Assembly (NCBI GenBank): GCA_977862235.1
Contig: OZ374557.1
Location: forward strand, 3,844,001 to 3,908,000
Direction of reading: 5' to 3'
DNA from: Dudresnaya verticillata
Taxonomy: Eukaryota
DNA length: 64,000 nt
Part shown: in pieces, positions 9,484-20,395 of the stretch
Layout: every line of letters begins with the position of its first letter
Numbering within the stretch: the first letter of the stretch is position 1
Notes under the pieces: generated by a model
What the model saw: the letters and a program-made list of their open reading frames with translations, nothing else
Databases searched by the model: none
Told to the model about the DNA's origin: nothing
Translations under genes and position numbers: made by a program

Positions 9484-12400
9484 CTACTGTTGAGAGCTTG
9501 GATCGTTGCCATCATTCCCTCGCCTTCGGCGCCGAGGGGGCTCCATTGAGGACATTAACCTCTTCTGTCCACGGCCTCGTGTGCCTGACACCCTGTTGGG
9601 ATTTCGAACTTCCATCTCAACATCCCCATGCCCGCGTATTTCAATCTCCCTCAAAAACACTGGCTGAAATCCAGGTCTTCGTGGGGCGCTATACTGCACG
9701 GCACCACTCCTTGGACCGTTTCCTGTTTGTGGAGCTGGTCTTCCTCCGCGTGAACCAGCTGGAGGCCGAGGCGGTCTAGCTTGCGATTGCTGAGCAGCAC
9801 CCGGGGACCGGCCATCCCTTAACATATCCAACCCTTGCTGCATGTACAGCATGAAGTCCCTGACCCTATCTGCACCGGCGTTTGAAGCTAAGCGATGCAT
9901 CTCGTTGCAGAGACTTGACGCACCTGCCCAAGTCGCTTGGCGTGTAACCTCCGACTCAACTATTCTCTGCATCCGTTGGCTTTCATCCTCCGCATCATCC
10001 GCACCCACGACCTCGCGCGAAACAACTGAAACCATCTGCCTATCGCGTATATCATTACGGATGGCATCCAGAACGTCCCCCGCCTCCGTTCCTGCCCCGT
10101 TTCTCCTCCTCCATTCCGTTAGCATGGCATTGCGTTCCCTTACAATGTCACTTTGCGTCCGTTTGGAGTCGTCAAGTAACCAATACGAGTGAAACAGTGC
10201 TTCAACCGGTATGACGGATCCCAGAAGTCTAGTAATAGCTGGACTGCGCACTCTCGTTTCGTCGTACACAGCGGCTACCCGTGTCATGTGCGGGCAAGGG
10301 AACCCGGCGCTGTTGGAAAACCTACAGGTACAGCAATACCTGTAACCGAGCTCCTCGCTGTGGAAGACGACGACTTCATAAGAAACGTTGTAGGAGACAA
10401 TGGGATGATCTTCTTCCACTGTTGCCAAGGCGGATGCTAGCTCTCCAACGTCGTCGAGATCTTGCTGGGGGTGCATTACTTCCGTCGTTACAGCACTTGC
10501 TGACGGAGGAGAGTTGGCTGGCCCGAGCGTTGCGGCGACAACCGCTTCGCTACGACCTGTGTTACCCACCACCTCCCCCATCCCCCCACCTCTCCAGCAT
10601 CCCCCACTTGGCTTGGAACCCCGCCTAAAGTGTCCTGGTCTTGCTCAGTATTTGTGTTGCCTTGAATGTCGTTTCGACCTCCAGCCGTTCCTCGACTGAG
10701 CCTCCTGCTAATGTCCACCAACGCGGAGTAGAAATGCGGAGATGGATCCTCATCAGGTGCGGCAGAATGCAAAGCGGCATGAGCATCGTCGTTCTCAACC
10801 GCATCCTCAACTACACCCGCAGCGCCCCCGGGTAACGGTAAGGATGATGGGGGGGCAGTGTGCCGCCAACCCACTCGGAATACGGCGACGTCATGCTGAC
10901 CTGTTGGGGACGGGGAACTAGATGGCTGCATCCGGAAATTACTCAGCTGGCGTTGCTGTGTCCGCGACTCTAACACTGTATACTCAGTGGACTTTGCAAC
11001 GCTCTGCTTGTGGAACATGTCGAGGGCATACTTTGTATACCTATTACAAAAAGCCACCGCTCTGGTACTGTTCATTCCACAAGCGGTTGATAATTTAGCG
11101 GCATAGGCGGGTGATCGGTGTTTAACCCTCTCGGAAGCTCTTCCTTCCCTCCTCTTAGCGGTGACACGACGCATAACCGAAGGTACAATCTCCATTGCGA
11201 CTTTCTTTCCTGATACCACTTCCCTGTATTCCGAGTTGGAGGTCTCGGTATACCCGCTTCCCTGGAAGAGAAAGCGTGGGTCACAAGCGCGCCTGTTGTA
11301 GCAGTCAATCAGGGTCGGGGACTCAGTGTAGTAGAGGTAGTTGAACCACTTCGGGTTTGGCATACGAAATTCTGTGAAGTACTTGGACTCGAAGATCGTC
11401 CTCCTCTCCTGGAACTTGTGAACAGTAGACGACTTCCTCAGCAAACATAGATCCGCGGTCATGTTGTGGTACATTCTTGGCCTTCGGATACGCTGCACAT
11501 AGGCCATGACGTTTCGTCTTTGGTTCTGATTCAAGTGCCACTCGTCCAAGGTGACGTATGAAGATCTCAAAACCGTTCGACAGGCAAGCATGCAAGAAGC
11601 GCTCTGGTCCATGGCGACCATTGCCGGCATCACACCATAGCACTCCTTAAATTTCTGGAAGACCCATTGAAAGCTAGATGTCGTCTCGTCAGACAAGAAG
11701 CCCATCACGGCGGTGAAGACGCGACCGCAGTTTGTGCGACCATTGAAGGTAACCAAATTCATCATGAACTCGTTCCCTTTCGCTTTGCAGTCGATGCATA
11801 CTCCAGGCAGTACCCCGTATCTGTAGTAATCGGCCTTCCATTCTGAGAAGCACCAAACGACGGCATGGAGCGCTCCACTGTCATTCCTTTGTAGAACTTG
11901 ACAGTACCCTCCCCCGTCCTCATTCCGAATATTCATGAGGTTGTATACTAGCCACTGTGCGGCCTCGGCTTTAGGCTGGCCGTGAGTGTTGTGGCGAGCC
12001 GGTTGCCGACGAAGAACGCGGTTATCGCATGAGACGCCGTACTTGCGCTCCAGAAACCGCACGACATCGGCGAACGCAACAAAACTTTTGTTGTGCATCT
12101 CATCAGCCTCCCTAAAGATTGATGAAGGAAAGCATTTGCGCAGGTTTGACAGTTCAGGGTCGTGATTGTGATCATCTGGGGAATACGAGATGTAGTACTT
12201 GCGAGTTTTAGAGGTGATAAGTGCATCCCCGTCCTGGTCTACGCTGTCCGTAACAAGTGCACTCGATATCCGAAAGTAGAAGTTACATTCATGCTCTGGG
12301 CATTCAAATTTCGATCTAAGCAGGGGCCCTTGCTCTCCATCTGTCCCTTTGCCGTACTCAGAACGGTGCACAACCATGTCCAAACCGAATCTCTCACAGA

Positions 12401-14105
12401 CATGTAGGACTCCAGTTCTGGCATCTCGTCCGCTGCACTGCGGGTTCAGTTGTTGCACAAAAGACTGTAGAGTCATCTTTAAGTCCCCAGTTGGGGTACG
12501 CACAGAGTCGAAGTCCGGAACCTCCTCCTCGCCCACTTCCTCCCCACTCCCGTGTTCATCATCAGCTTCGGGAACTGAATTTTCAGTAGACCAGGTAGCA
12601 CTGGGGCCGCTGCCATTTGCATTTCTGACGGGACTGGCGACGCTGCTGCCATCACTTTCATCGCTGTAATCACTGGAATCGTTGCTATCCCATTCGTCGT
12701 CGTCGCGCAAGGCAGCTGTAGGCAGTAGAACTGTTGCTCCCGTTCGCGCCGGTGGGGTTCGTTCTTCAGAACGAGTAGGCCCACTCGGCTGAAGAGTCGA
12801 TGGGGCTATCGGGGGCACTGTGCCGCGCCGACCGCCGGATGAAAAGATTCCTGAAGAAGCCGGTGGGCTGAATGTAGTGGTCCAGCCAGAATATCTGGGC
12901 GCAATTGCGCTGGCGTTCGCGCCACCGCTGCTCCCAAGTGTGCCGCCAGCATTGTCGAGCAGCGCTGACAACTGCTTGTCTCCCTGATACTCGGCGATCT
13001 TACGATTGTAGTTGTAACGAGCAGTGTTACTCTCGCCGACGTGAGTATGTCCCGCCTCAACGTCTGGAAGCGGCGACCACACGTCCCAACCAGTGCCGTC
13101 TTTCCTTCGGTCGCAGAAAAATGAAACAGGGCACTTTTCCTGTCCAGGGAGAGGCGTCCCTTGCCTCAGGCACCTGAATCGGACCTTCCAATCGTGGTCC
13201 TTTCTCTTCCCTTTGATGGGACGCACGTAGTTCTTTGTGAAGACAAACCCATTGCGAGCAAAGTTAGCGGCATACTCTGCACAATCGCTGACGCAGCATA
13301 TGAAATGCCGTTCCCCTCTACCAGGCTGTGCCCCCGGACGGGGGCGGAACATTGAAGATTCTCCTCCAGAACGGTATTGGAGAGCAACATTTCGTTGCGG
13401 GTGTGTAGGCGGGTTTTCCGCTGCCTCGGCAGAATCCTTTGAGTAGGATCCAGAAATAGCGCCGTTGCCATTGGACGGGTTGTTCGCTGCCGTATTGTGC
13501 TTCATATCAGCCTGAGCCCTCCGAACTGCTGCTCGAGCCATCCTGATCGCCTTTCGCATCTCGACGATATCGGTGTCGATATCATCCAGGAATGCTCTAT
13601 GACTGTTCTCATTCGCGCGCAACGCGCCGTTAAGGTCTCGAGGTGAACATCGCCGTCGCGGTGGCGATGGCAAGGACCCCCCCGGGCTTCGATTGAATCG
13701 CCCATCGGTAGACGTGCGCCGCGACGGGGGTCGGATGGCCGTTAGAGGAGAAGCACGGTGAGTCGGGGAAGCATAGCGCTTCGGAGACGCTCGCGAAGAT
13801 GCCCGCGGATCTTGATTGACGGCTGTAGGCGCCTCCGGAGGGACGCTCGGGGCCTCGATAGTGCGCGCCTCGCTAGCCTCGTACATATCTTCCAAAATAC
13901 CAGTTTGCGGCAGACCATCCCCCCTTGGGGACGAAGTCGACGTATTGACGTCAACAACTGGCGGCGATGGCTCGAGAGGGCTCTGCGCCCTGGGATACCT
14001 CCATTCGTCCCGAATGAATCCCATGATGGTCTTCTCCATCAAATTTCTCCGGTGACCCCCGAGTTTCTTCACAGCCGCTTTTGATCGTTTTGCCATGACT
14101 CTCAT
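9484..14105 (-). CDS. MULE (MURA/FAR1-type) DDE transposase with C-terminal SWIM finger, split by one frameshift near 10580
   Basis: ORF 10488-14105 contains CIDCKAKGN (D, 11790-11792), AMDQS (D, 11607-11609), DEWH (C/DxxH motif) and YTETSN (E, 11244-11246). ORF 9484-10581 contains the SWIM motif CTCRFSNSAGFPCPH. Confidence 0.9.
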
Positions 14106-14659
14106 ACACGCACTGCGGAGATCGTTTGTAGCAGCTTTCCGGTAGAGAGTGTAATACAGTGAAGGGCTTACAGAAGTGGGCCCTCTGCCCGCGTATATGC
14201 GCTGAAATAGCGTTACCTAGAGGGCGCCAGCAGGGACAAGATGGGTAGCCTATGATTGGTCCAAGTGTCACCCTGCAGGTCAGTAGCTTAGTATCTGTCT
14301 ATTTATTTTAGAAATTATAGCTTAGGATAGGGGGCGTGTATATAGCCCAGTATGAGGGTTGCTGCCTGACAGTCGGAGTACCTTATAAGGGTATCTCCCG
14401 TAGCAGTCACTGAACAGTAAAGGCAAGCACCTTCCGGCCCCAACTACGTCTCCAAGCTATCGGCACCGCAGCACACTTGTCACCCGTGCCCGGTTAACCG
14501 CCCGCCCAGTGACCTACCTTCAGTATCGTGCTTCCAATTAGGTTACGTGCCCTCGTCTACCCTCTGGGTTCCTCCCGTTCTACCACCGCTACCAGGCACC
14601 CGCTCTGTGGCTTTCTCATTGAGTGCACTCTTTGAGTTCACAAGAGACCCAAAAGGTAC

Positions 14660-15448
14660 TTACGTACAGAGAGGAGTGTATGAAAGCACGTTGATGCCTT
14701 GAAACTCACCACGGCCCTCCTCGTCTCGACAAAACATGACAGTTGCGGCGAGAATATAGAAACCGCAACTGTAGCCGTCCTTCTGGCTTCCGCAGTTGAG
14801 ACTATCCCTATGCGTAATCCAGTTACGCGTTGAAAGCGTCCATGACATCTGCAGGAAACAATCCTGTAGACAACGAACAGTGAAATGCAATACTGCAAGC
14901 TCCTCACCCCGGCGCGGTGACGCATTCAAACTGTCACCCCGGTTGACACAGCCCTTTCCAGTCACATTTGTGCCAGCTTCGCTGGCAACGAAATCAACGT
15001 CGGCATCAATTACAACAACGCCCCAGTGTAAGTTCTGACAAAGCGGCATCATGACAATGCTCTCACCCTCAGTGCTGAATTTGAGTAATGCGGCCAGATG
15101 GTCGAGAATGAAAGACGGGAAACTGTAGTTCGGATCGGAGAGGTCGGCCTTCATGGCCTCGGCATAGAGCAGGTGGCTGAACGATGGCTTAGAAATGCAC
15201 ACAGCAGGGTCCAAGCGAAGGTCACAAATGCTCATCTCGAACATGGATGTCGTAAGGAACGAATCTTCAGCGCCGTAGTGTATCCAGAAGTGGTTGCGGC
15301 TGTCGATAGCCTCCCCAGCCGCCATAACGTCGTAGAAGGCTTTGAAAAGGGCCTTGTCTTCTTCATTGGAAATGGCGCACGCCGCCTGAAGCTGCAAAAT
15401 GAATTCATCGCGCCTCGTTGTGAGGGACTGCCAGTCTGAAAGAGGCAT
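14660..15448 (-). CDS. Ulp1/SENP-like (peptidase C48) SUMO protease carried by the MULE
   Basis: MPLCQNLHWGVVVID (His), GDSL (Asp), SQKDGYSCGFYIL (oxyanion Gln and catalytic Cys). ATG at 15448. The 3' end coincides with a GTACGTAAGT splice-donor-like sequence. Confidence 0.85.
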   Translation of the reverse strand: MPLSDWQSLTTRRDEFILQLQAACAISNEEDKALFKAFYDVMAAGEAIDSRNHFWIHYGAEDSFLTTSMFEMSICDLRLDPAVCISKPSFSHLLYAEAMKADLSDPNYSFPSFILDHLAALLKFSTEGESIVMMPLCQNLHWGVVVIDADVDFVASEAGTNVTGKGCVNRGDSLNASPRRGEELAVLHFTVRCLQDCFLQMSWTLSTRNWITHRDSLNCGSQKDGYSCGFYILAATVMFCRDEEGRGEFQGINVLSYTPLCT

Positions 15449-15699
15449 TGTGCAGTGGTGGAGGGGGACAGCCCGCGGCAGTGCTGGATGACAGGGGCGC
15501 GGATTGGGCGGGTGAGGGGAGGGAGCTGGGGCCAGCGCGGCGGTGGTGGAGGGGGGGTGGATGAACAGTGCACGGCGGTGGGTGGGGGGTGGATGAACAG
15601 CGCGCGGCGGTGGGTGGGGATGGCGCCGCAGACTACCGTCGCGAATCACCGCCGTGCGCGCGCTTTCAGACCGTTACGTCACCCGCTGCGGGCAGCTGT

Positions 15700-15862
15700 C
15701 TCCATCCGTGAGTATACTTTTCAATGATTGGCTGAGGGGCGACCAATTGAATTGTGAGTATATGCCCCATGGCCCGCTTAATCCGTGAGTATACTCGCCA
15801 AGCATTGGCTGAGTATAAGTTGACTGACACCCGCGGCACCCAGGGTGCCACGGTCCGCAGCC
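15700..15862 (-). repeat. Right TIR with subterminal repeats
   Basis: Inverted copy of the left TIR; GTGAGTATA at 15708, 15754 and 15785. Confidence 0.93.
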
Positions 15863-18280
15863 ACTGTATTGAAACAATTTCAAGAATTACTGACATTCAT
15901 ATCTTTAGGGTGGCAAGTTGGTGGAAAAAGGAAGTTATTGAAATGAGAATGAGCGGGGCGAGCTACCTTCCTTCCATCCAGTGGTTACTAACTGCGACTT
16001 GACCATCTGGCTTGAAGAGATGTTGCATTCTTCACGTAAAGTATTTCCCGAGATTGAAGATGGTCATTGCGAGGTGTAGTTTTTCAGCTTCATAACCAGA
16101 ACCCTTCTTCGGAGCCGGGGATTTGGGCACTGGACCATTAACATTTCAGAGTTGTAACAGGCATTTGCAAATTGGCCCAATTTTGCCCAAAGTTCTATCA
16201 TTCGCACGCAACCGCGACTGGAGCAGTAGCGCGGTCCTGTGGGCCTATACTGTCCCATTCGGGGGACAAGCCGTTCATCCCATTTACAACTGGTAACTTT
16301 ACGCAGTTGCTGTCGATACGGATGTTTGTTATGTAGCACGTGGAATGCTGTAGCACGTTATTCGTTTCCAAGCCTGCAGTATCAAGCTTGGGGCGTGTTG
16401 CATACACATTCCATGGTTGTTCTTCACAGTTGCAGGGCGATACATTTTCCATCTTTTTGTGCCTTTAGACATCAAGCAGTTACAGTAGGAACAGGAATGT
16501 TACTTGTATTTAATAGACGAGTTCGGCGTGTCCTACGGTAGAAAGAGATATTCTGTTCTGCAATGGCGTATTGAGAATACACCGTTGGAGCGAGTGGTAT
16601 TAAAACCGCAGATGTGAGAATGAAATGACAGGGGAGACGCGCAGTCGATTCCTATTGTACGGTATTACGTGCGCTATGCTTCAGTACCAGTTCCTTGCCC
16701 TCAATCCGCTTTCCTATCGCGGTAGAAGTTAGAGTGCACAAAAACAATCTTCCAGTGTATTGCTTGCGTTGTTGCAAACTCGTCGTCCATATTTCTAACC
16801 CGCGACTCTCACAAGTGGCAGCAAGGAGCAAAAAACAACGTCTTTTCGGACTAGCAACGTGCTTCTTTCGAAGCCGTAAGCCCGCTTGTCTGTTGTGACG
16901 GCAAGCATGCATGTACAGTCCTTGAGTACTTGCCACACTTTCTCAAACCAAGCGATAATTTTCGGTATAGGAAATGCCAACAGAGAGAGTTTGTAGAATT
17001 TTACCGGGGCCCCTGTGGACGGGGAGCGAGGCTATTTACTTGACAGAGAGACACATTGACCAAGAGACACTTGACCAACAGAGAGAGAGAGAGACGATAG
17101 CCTGTGTATTTGTTTGTTTCATTAGCAAACATGAAGATACCCTTTCTCCTTTGGAAAAAGCAGATACTGTTACTGTGTGAAGGGTACGATTTGTTCTGGC
17201 ATAATGGGATTGTTGAAGAAGAGTACAATCTTCTTGCATGTCCAAGGTCAAGAGCAACACATGGTCCCAAACCGCAGCTTGCGTGGCTTGAGTTTGTTTT
17301 GGGCAGAGCTTGCTGTTCCCCGACAACATCTTTTGTCCCTTTCTGTCGCAATTTTCCTTCTATCCGCATTGTGGTGCGCATATTATTAGGGTAATTTATT
17401 TGGCTGAAGTTTCTTCTGCCACAGAAAGTACACAACCGCGTCACGTATTGGCTATGCTCTCGCAGTGGCATACGTTGGGAGGTTCGTAACGCTCCTCTAT
17501 AATGGTGCAAACATTACTCTTCTTTCTCTTGCAATCCTATTAAGCCTAGTTCGTGCTCTCAGGGTTGTACGTAGTTACAGCAGTAGGGACCTGGACACTG
17601 CAATCATTGATTCCAGGTGCTCATCGCATGAATCAAGATGTGTGTTACAGATCATCTCTCTAGTGAAGCTTTTCTTCACGTGTGCGTGAAAATTCGTAGA
17701 GTGACTACAAATGCAATGGGCTTTCGCGGAACATAAAATAGATTTGTTCAACAGTGTGTTCATCAGCAATAGAGGCATGTACGGTACCTCAATAGAGAAA
17801 CATGAAATTCACAGATCTGAGTTTGGAGGCAGCCAAGTGGGAACCCATAGAACCTATCAAAGCAATTATAGTAATGATAACAGCACTACAATAGATACTC
17901 CCCGGCGGAGAAGCTGCGTCCTGAAAAATCAAACCGCTTTGTCGCTTACCGCTTATCGTTCCATAAACCTAACTTTCCGGAACACAAACCACACGATAGC
18001 CGATTTGCTTGCCGGCTGAATAACAGCTCTGCTGAGATAAGGGCCCATTTGAATGCAGCATCCACGGTACGTTCTTTTACCTCGAGACTCAGGAGATGAA
18101 CAAAGTTCCGAGGGCTCAGATGACAGCCCGTGGGCAGCATGTACTTTACCTCAGTCTAGAAAGAGTGAACAAGCGCCCCTGCTGAGAGGTCAAACTCCCG
18201 ACTACTGTGGAAGCCAGGAGTGTAGCCGGACGTTTTTGCCTCGGTTTGGGCGTGGTGTGCAATCTCAGGCGAGAGCTAGG

Positions 18281-18601
18281 CTAACGTATTCGTACCGAAA
18301 ATAGTTGTGGTGACTTGGGTGAGGAGGGTGCCTGTCGTATACAGGAACAACGAATGTAGTCTTTCTTTTTCGTTTTAAACACAAGTGCTTTCAACGTTGA
18401 TACGCAATTTTGTTTTAAGCATGAAAAGTTTAGTGTTGGTATTTCCTGGTGCGTAGTGCTTCTCTTTATGAAGATGGCTGCCACTTGCCTTCTTTTTGTT
18501 GAGCAGTCCTGCGATGTGATCGAATTGCAACTTTTCCAGCAATCGGCCTGTCCGATGAACAATACCAGAGGAAGGGCGGGGAGTAGAAAAGCAGGTAGCA
18601 T
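18281..18601 (-). CDS. Possible small Cys-rich secreted protein
   Basis: Hydrophobic N-terminus MLPAFLLPALPLVLFIG followed by several Cys. No recognisable family. Confidence 0.2.
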   Translation of the reverse strand: MLPAFLLPALPLVLFIGQADCWKSCNSITSQDCSTKRRQVAAIFIKRSTTHQEIPTLNFSCLKQNCVSTLKALVFKTKKKDYIRCSCIRQAPSSPKSPQLFSVRIR

Positions 18602-18795
18602 TGAAGTACCAGGTTTAGTATACTGTACTTTGCAATCTTTTTGGGTTGCCCTGCTTCATGTACAAGCCGTACCGTCACACTGCCTTACTGCGCTAAACGC
18701 CACGTTACGCGTAGACGTGTGATGATTGAGTGGTATGTTTCATGAGCGAAGTTGAGATTTCCGCAGAAGCACAATTCAGTCTGGCTCCAGGCTCC

Positions 18796-18871
18796 ACGAT
18801 CAAATTACAAGTAAGGGCCTCCAGTTCTACCCCAGTCCTGGAGTGGAGGCCCTTACTTGTAGTTTGATCGT
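18796..18871. other. Long hairpin (28-bp stem, 20-nt loop)
   Basis: ACGATCAAATTACAAGTAAGGGCCTCCA (18796-18823) pairs with TGGAGGCCCTTACTTGTAGTTTGATCGT (18844-18871): 27 Watson-Crick pairs plus one G-U. Confidence 0.85.
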
Positions 18872-19013
18872 TTACAACTCAGAGCTGCATGTATTCCTAG
18901 CTCGACATGAAACGCTCCCAGACGAAGGTGTGAATTTTTCAGGGTTCAGGGGTAGTATGGCTCGGTGGCGGGTTTGGGTTGCTTGCATACATTATTGGTG
19001 GGTGAAGTCTTGA

Positions 19014-19457
19014 CTATTTTTTTAGGGGTGTCTGGCGGAAGAAAGAGCTCTCGTGAGGACGGAGAAGGAAGCCATTTTTGTTCAGGCCGGGTTGAGAGAG
19101 ACATCTTGTACGGCGAAAAAGACACGGGGCGCACAAGTTGTGTTGACAGCGTTCTACTATATAGGTTGCACATAGGCTGGGCCACGTGGTGGTTGATTGA
19201 AGGACGGCGGCGTTTTTTGTATGAATGGTTTCTGCAAGGGCGGTTAGTTTGTTTATAAAAGAAAGAGAAGTAGAGGAGGCCGGTGCGTTTACTTTCGACA
19301 AGTTTTGCTGTTCGAAAGCAAAGAAGTGCGCGATAAAGGGTGATTTGTGAGTGGTGGGGCCATGCAATTGTTGTATTTTAAAGGGCTGAGAGGGACGAGG
19401 ATGAGGTTTTGCGCACAAAGCTGCGAGAAGAGCAAGGAGCACTGGGAATGGTTGCAT
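19014..19457 (-). CDS. Possible secreted protein of unknown function
   Basis: Signal-peptide-like MQPFPVLLALLAALCA; Cys cluster CATYIVERCQHNLCAPC. Confidence 0.3.
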   Translation of the reverse strand: MQPFPVLLALLAALCAKPHPRPSQPFKIQQLHGPTTHKSPFIAHFFAFEQQNLSKVNAPASSTSLSFINKLTALAETIHTKNAAVLQSTTTWPSLCATYIVERCQHNLCAPCLFRRTRCLSQPGLNKNGFLLRPHESSFFRQTPLKK

Positions 19458-19959
19458 AGAGGTGGAGACGTGAACGTCGGGACTAACAGTTGCACGGTTA
19501 TCTTGTGTCTATACTAATATCGTGGAAGGAGAAGATGACAGCCTTTTTATGTGTAAGCCATTCCCTTGCGGGCTCGAGCGGTGGCGCAGAAGCGCCGTGG
19601 GAGGGAGGCGGAACGGAACGCGCAGTGAAACACTCTCTGTTCACCTGTTCGTTCGCGCCGTGCCTGACAGCGCCTGCCTCTGCGCGCGCACAGCGCCGTC
19701 CCTCCTTCTACCTCCTCTCCCGCGCCGCGCCCGGCCGCCCGTCGCGCACTCGCCCAACGCCGCCAGCCATCGAATCCAGCCGTCCGCCCGCAGCAGACCA
19801 CACCAGCTCCGACCTGTATGCCACGTGTGGCTCGGCTCTCGCAACGGCCGCGCCGCACCTCGCCAAAACGCCCGCGCCGCGCGCGCGGGTTGCGCGCGCG
19901 CACGGCGCGCCGCCCCGCGCCGCCAAGCGAGCACTCAAAGCGCTGCACCAACGCACTTG

Positions 19960-20169
19960 CGTCGCCCGCCCGCCCGCGCGCCCCCCCCCCCCGCGCAACC
20001 CCGCGCCCCCGCGCCCCGCGTTTCGCCGCCGCCGCGCGCGCACTTGCGAGACTACGGTCCACTGCGCTGCGCTGCGCTGCGCTGCGCTGCGCGGGCGCCC
20101 CAGTCCGCACCCCGTCTGTCAAACACACCCACACGCAGCCCCGATACAGGCGATGGTCACTCACACGAC

Positions 20170-20200
<31 letters not shown>

Positions 20201-20355
20201 GCGCACGCACCGCTGTCGCACCGCTTCCCGCCCCTTCACGCATGCCATCCCGTCACTCGCACGCGCACGCGCCGCGTGATACCCACAACGCCCGCCACCG
20301 GCGCGCGTCGCGCCACTTGCGGCCGGCCCTTCCTCTCCTCCTCCGCCCCCAGAGG

Positions 20356-20395
<40 letters not shown>

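Larger units (their letters stand above)
7905..15862. mobile_element. Full-length Mutator-like DNA transposon (MULE), 7,958 bp
   Basis: Perfect 9-bp TSD ACTGTATTG at 7896-7904 and 15863-15871, GGC...GCC termini, long TIRs, and an internal MULE transposase. Confidence 0.96.

Noticed and set aside
14110..14660. Group II intron or ribozyme between Ulp1 and the transposase
   Set aside because: No recognisable domain V or GUGYG 5' end; the signals look spliceosomal if anything.
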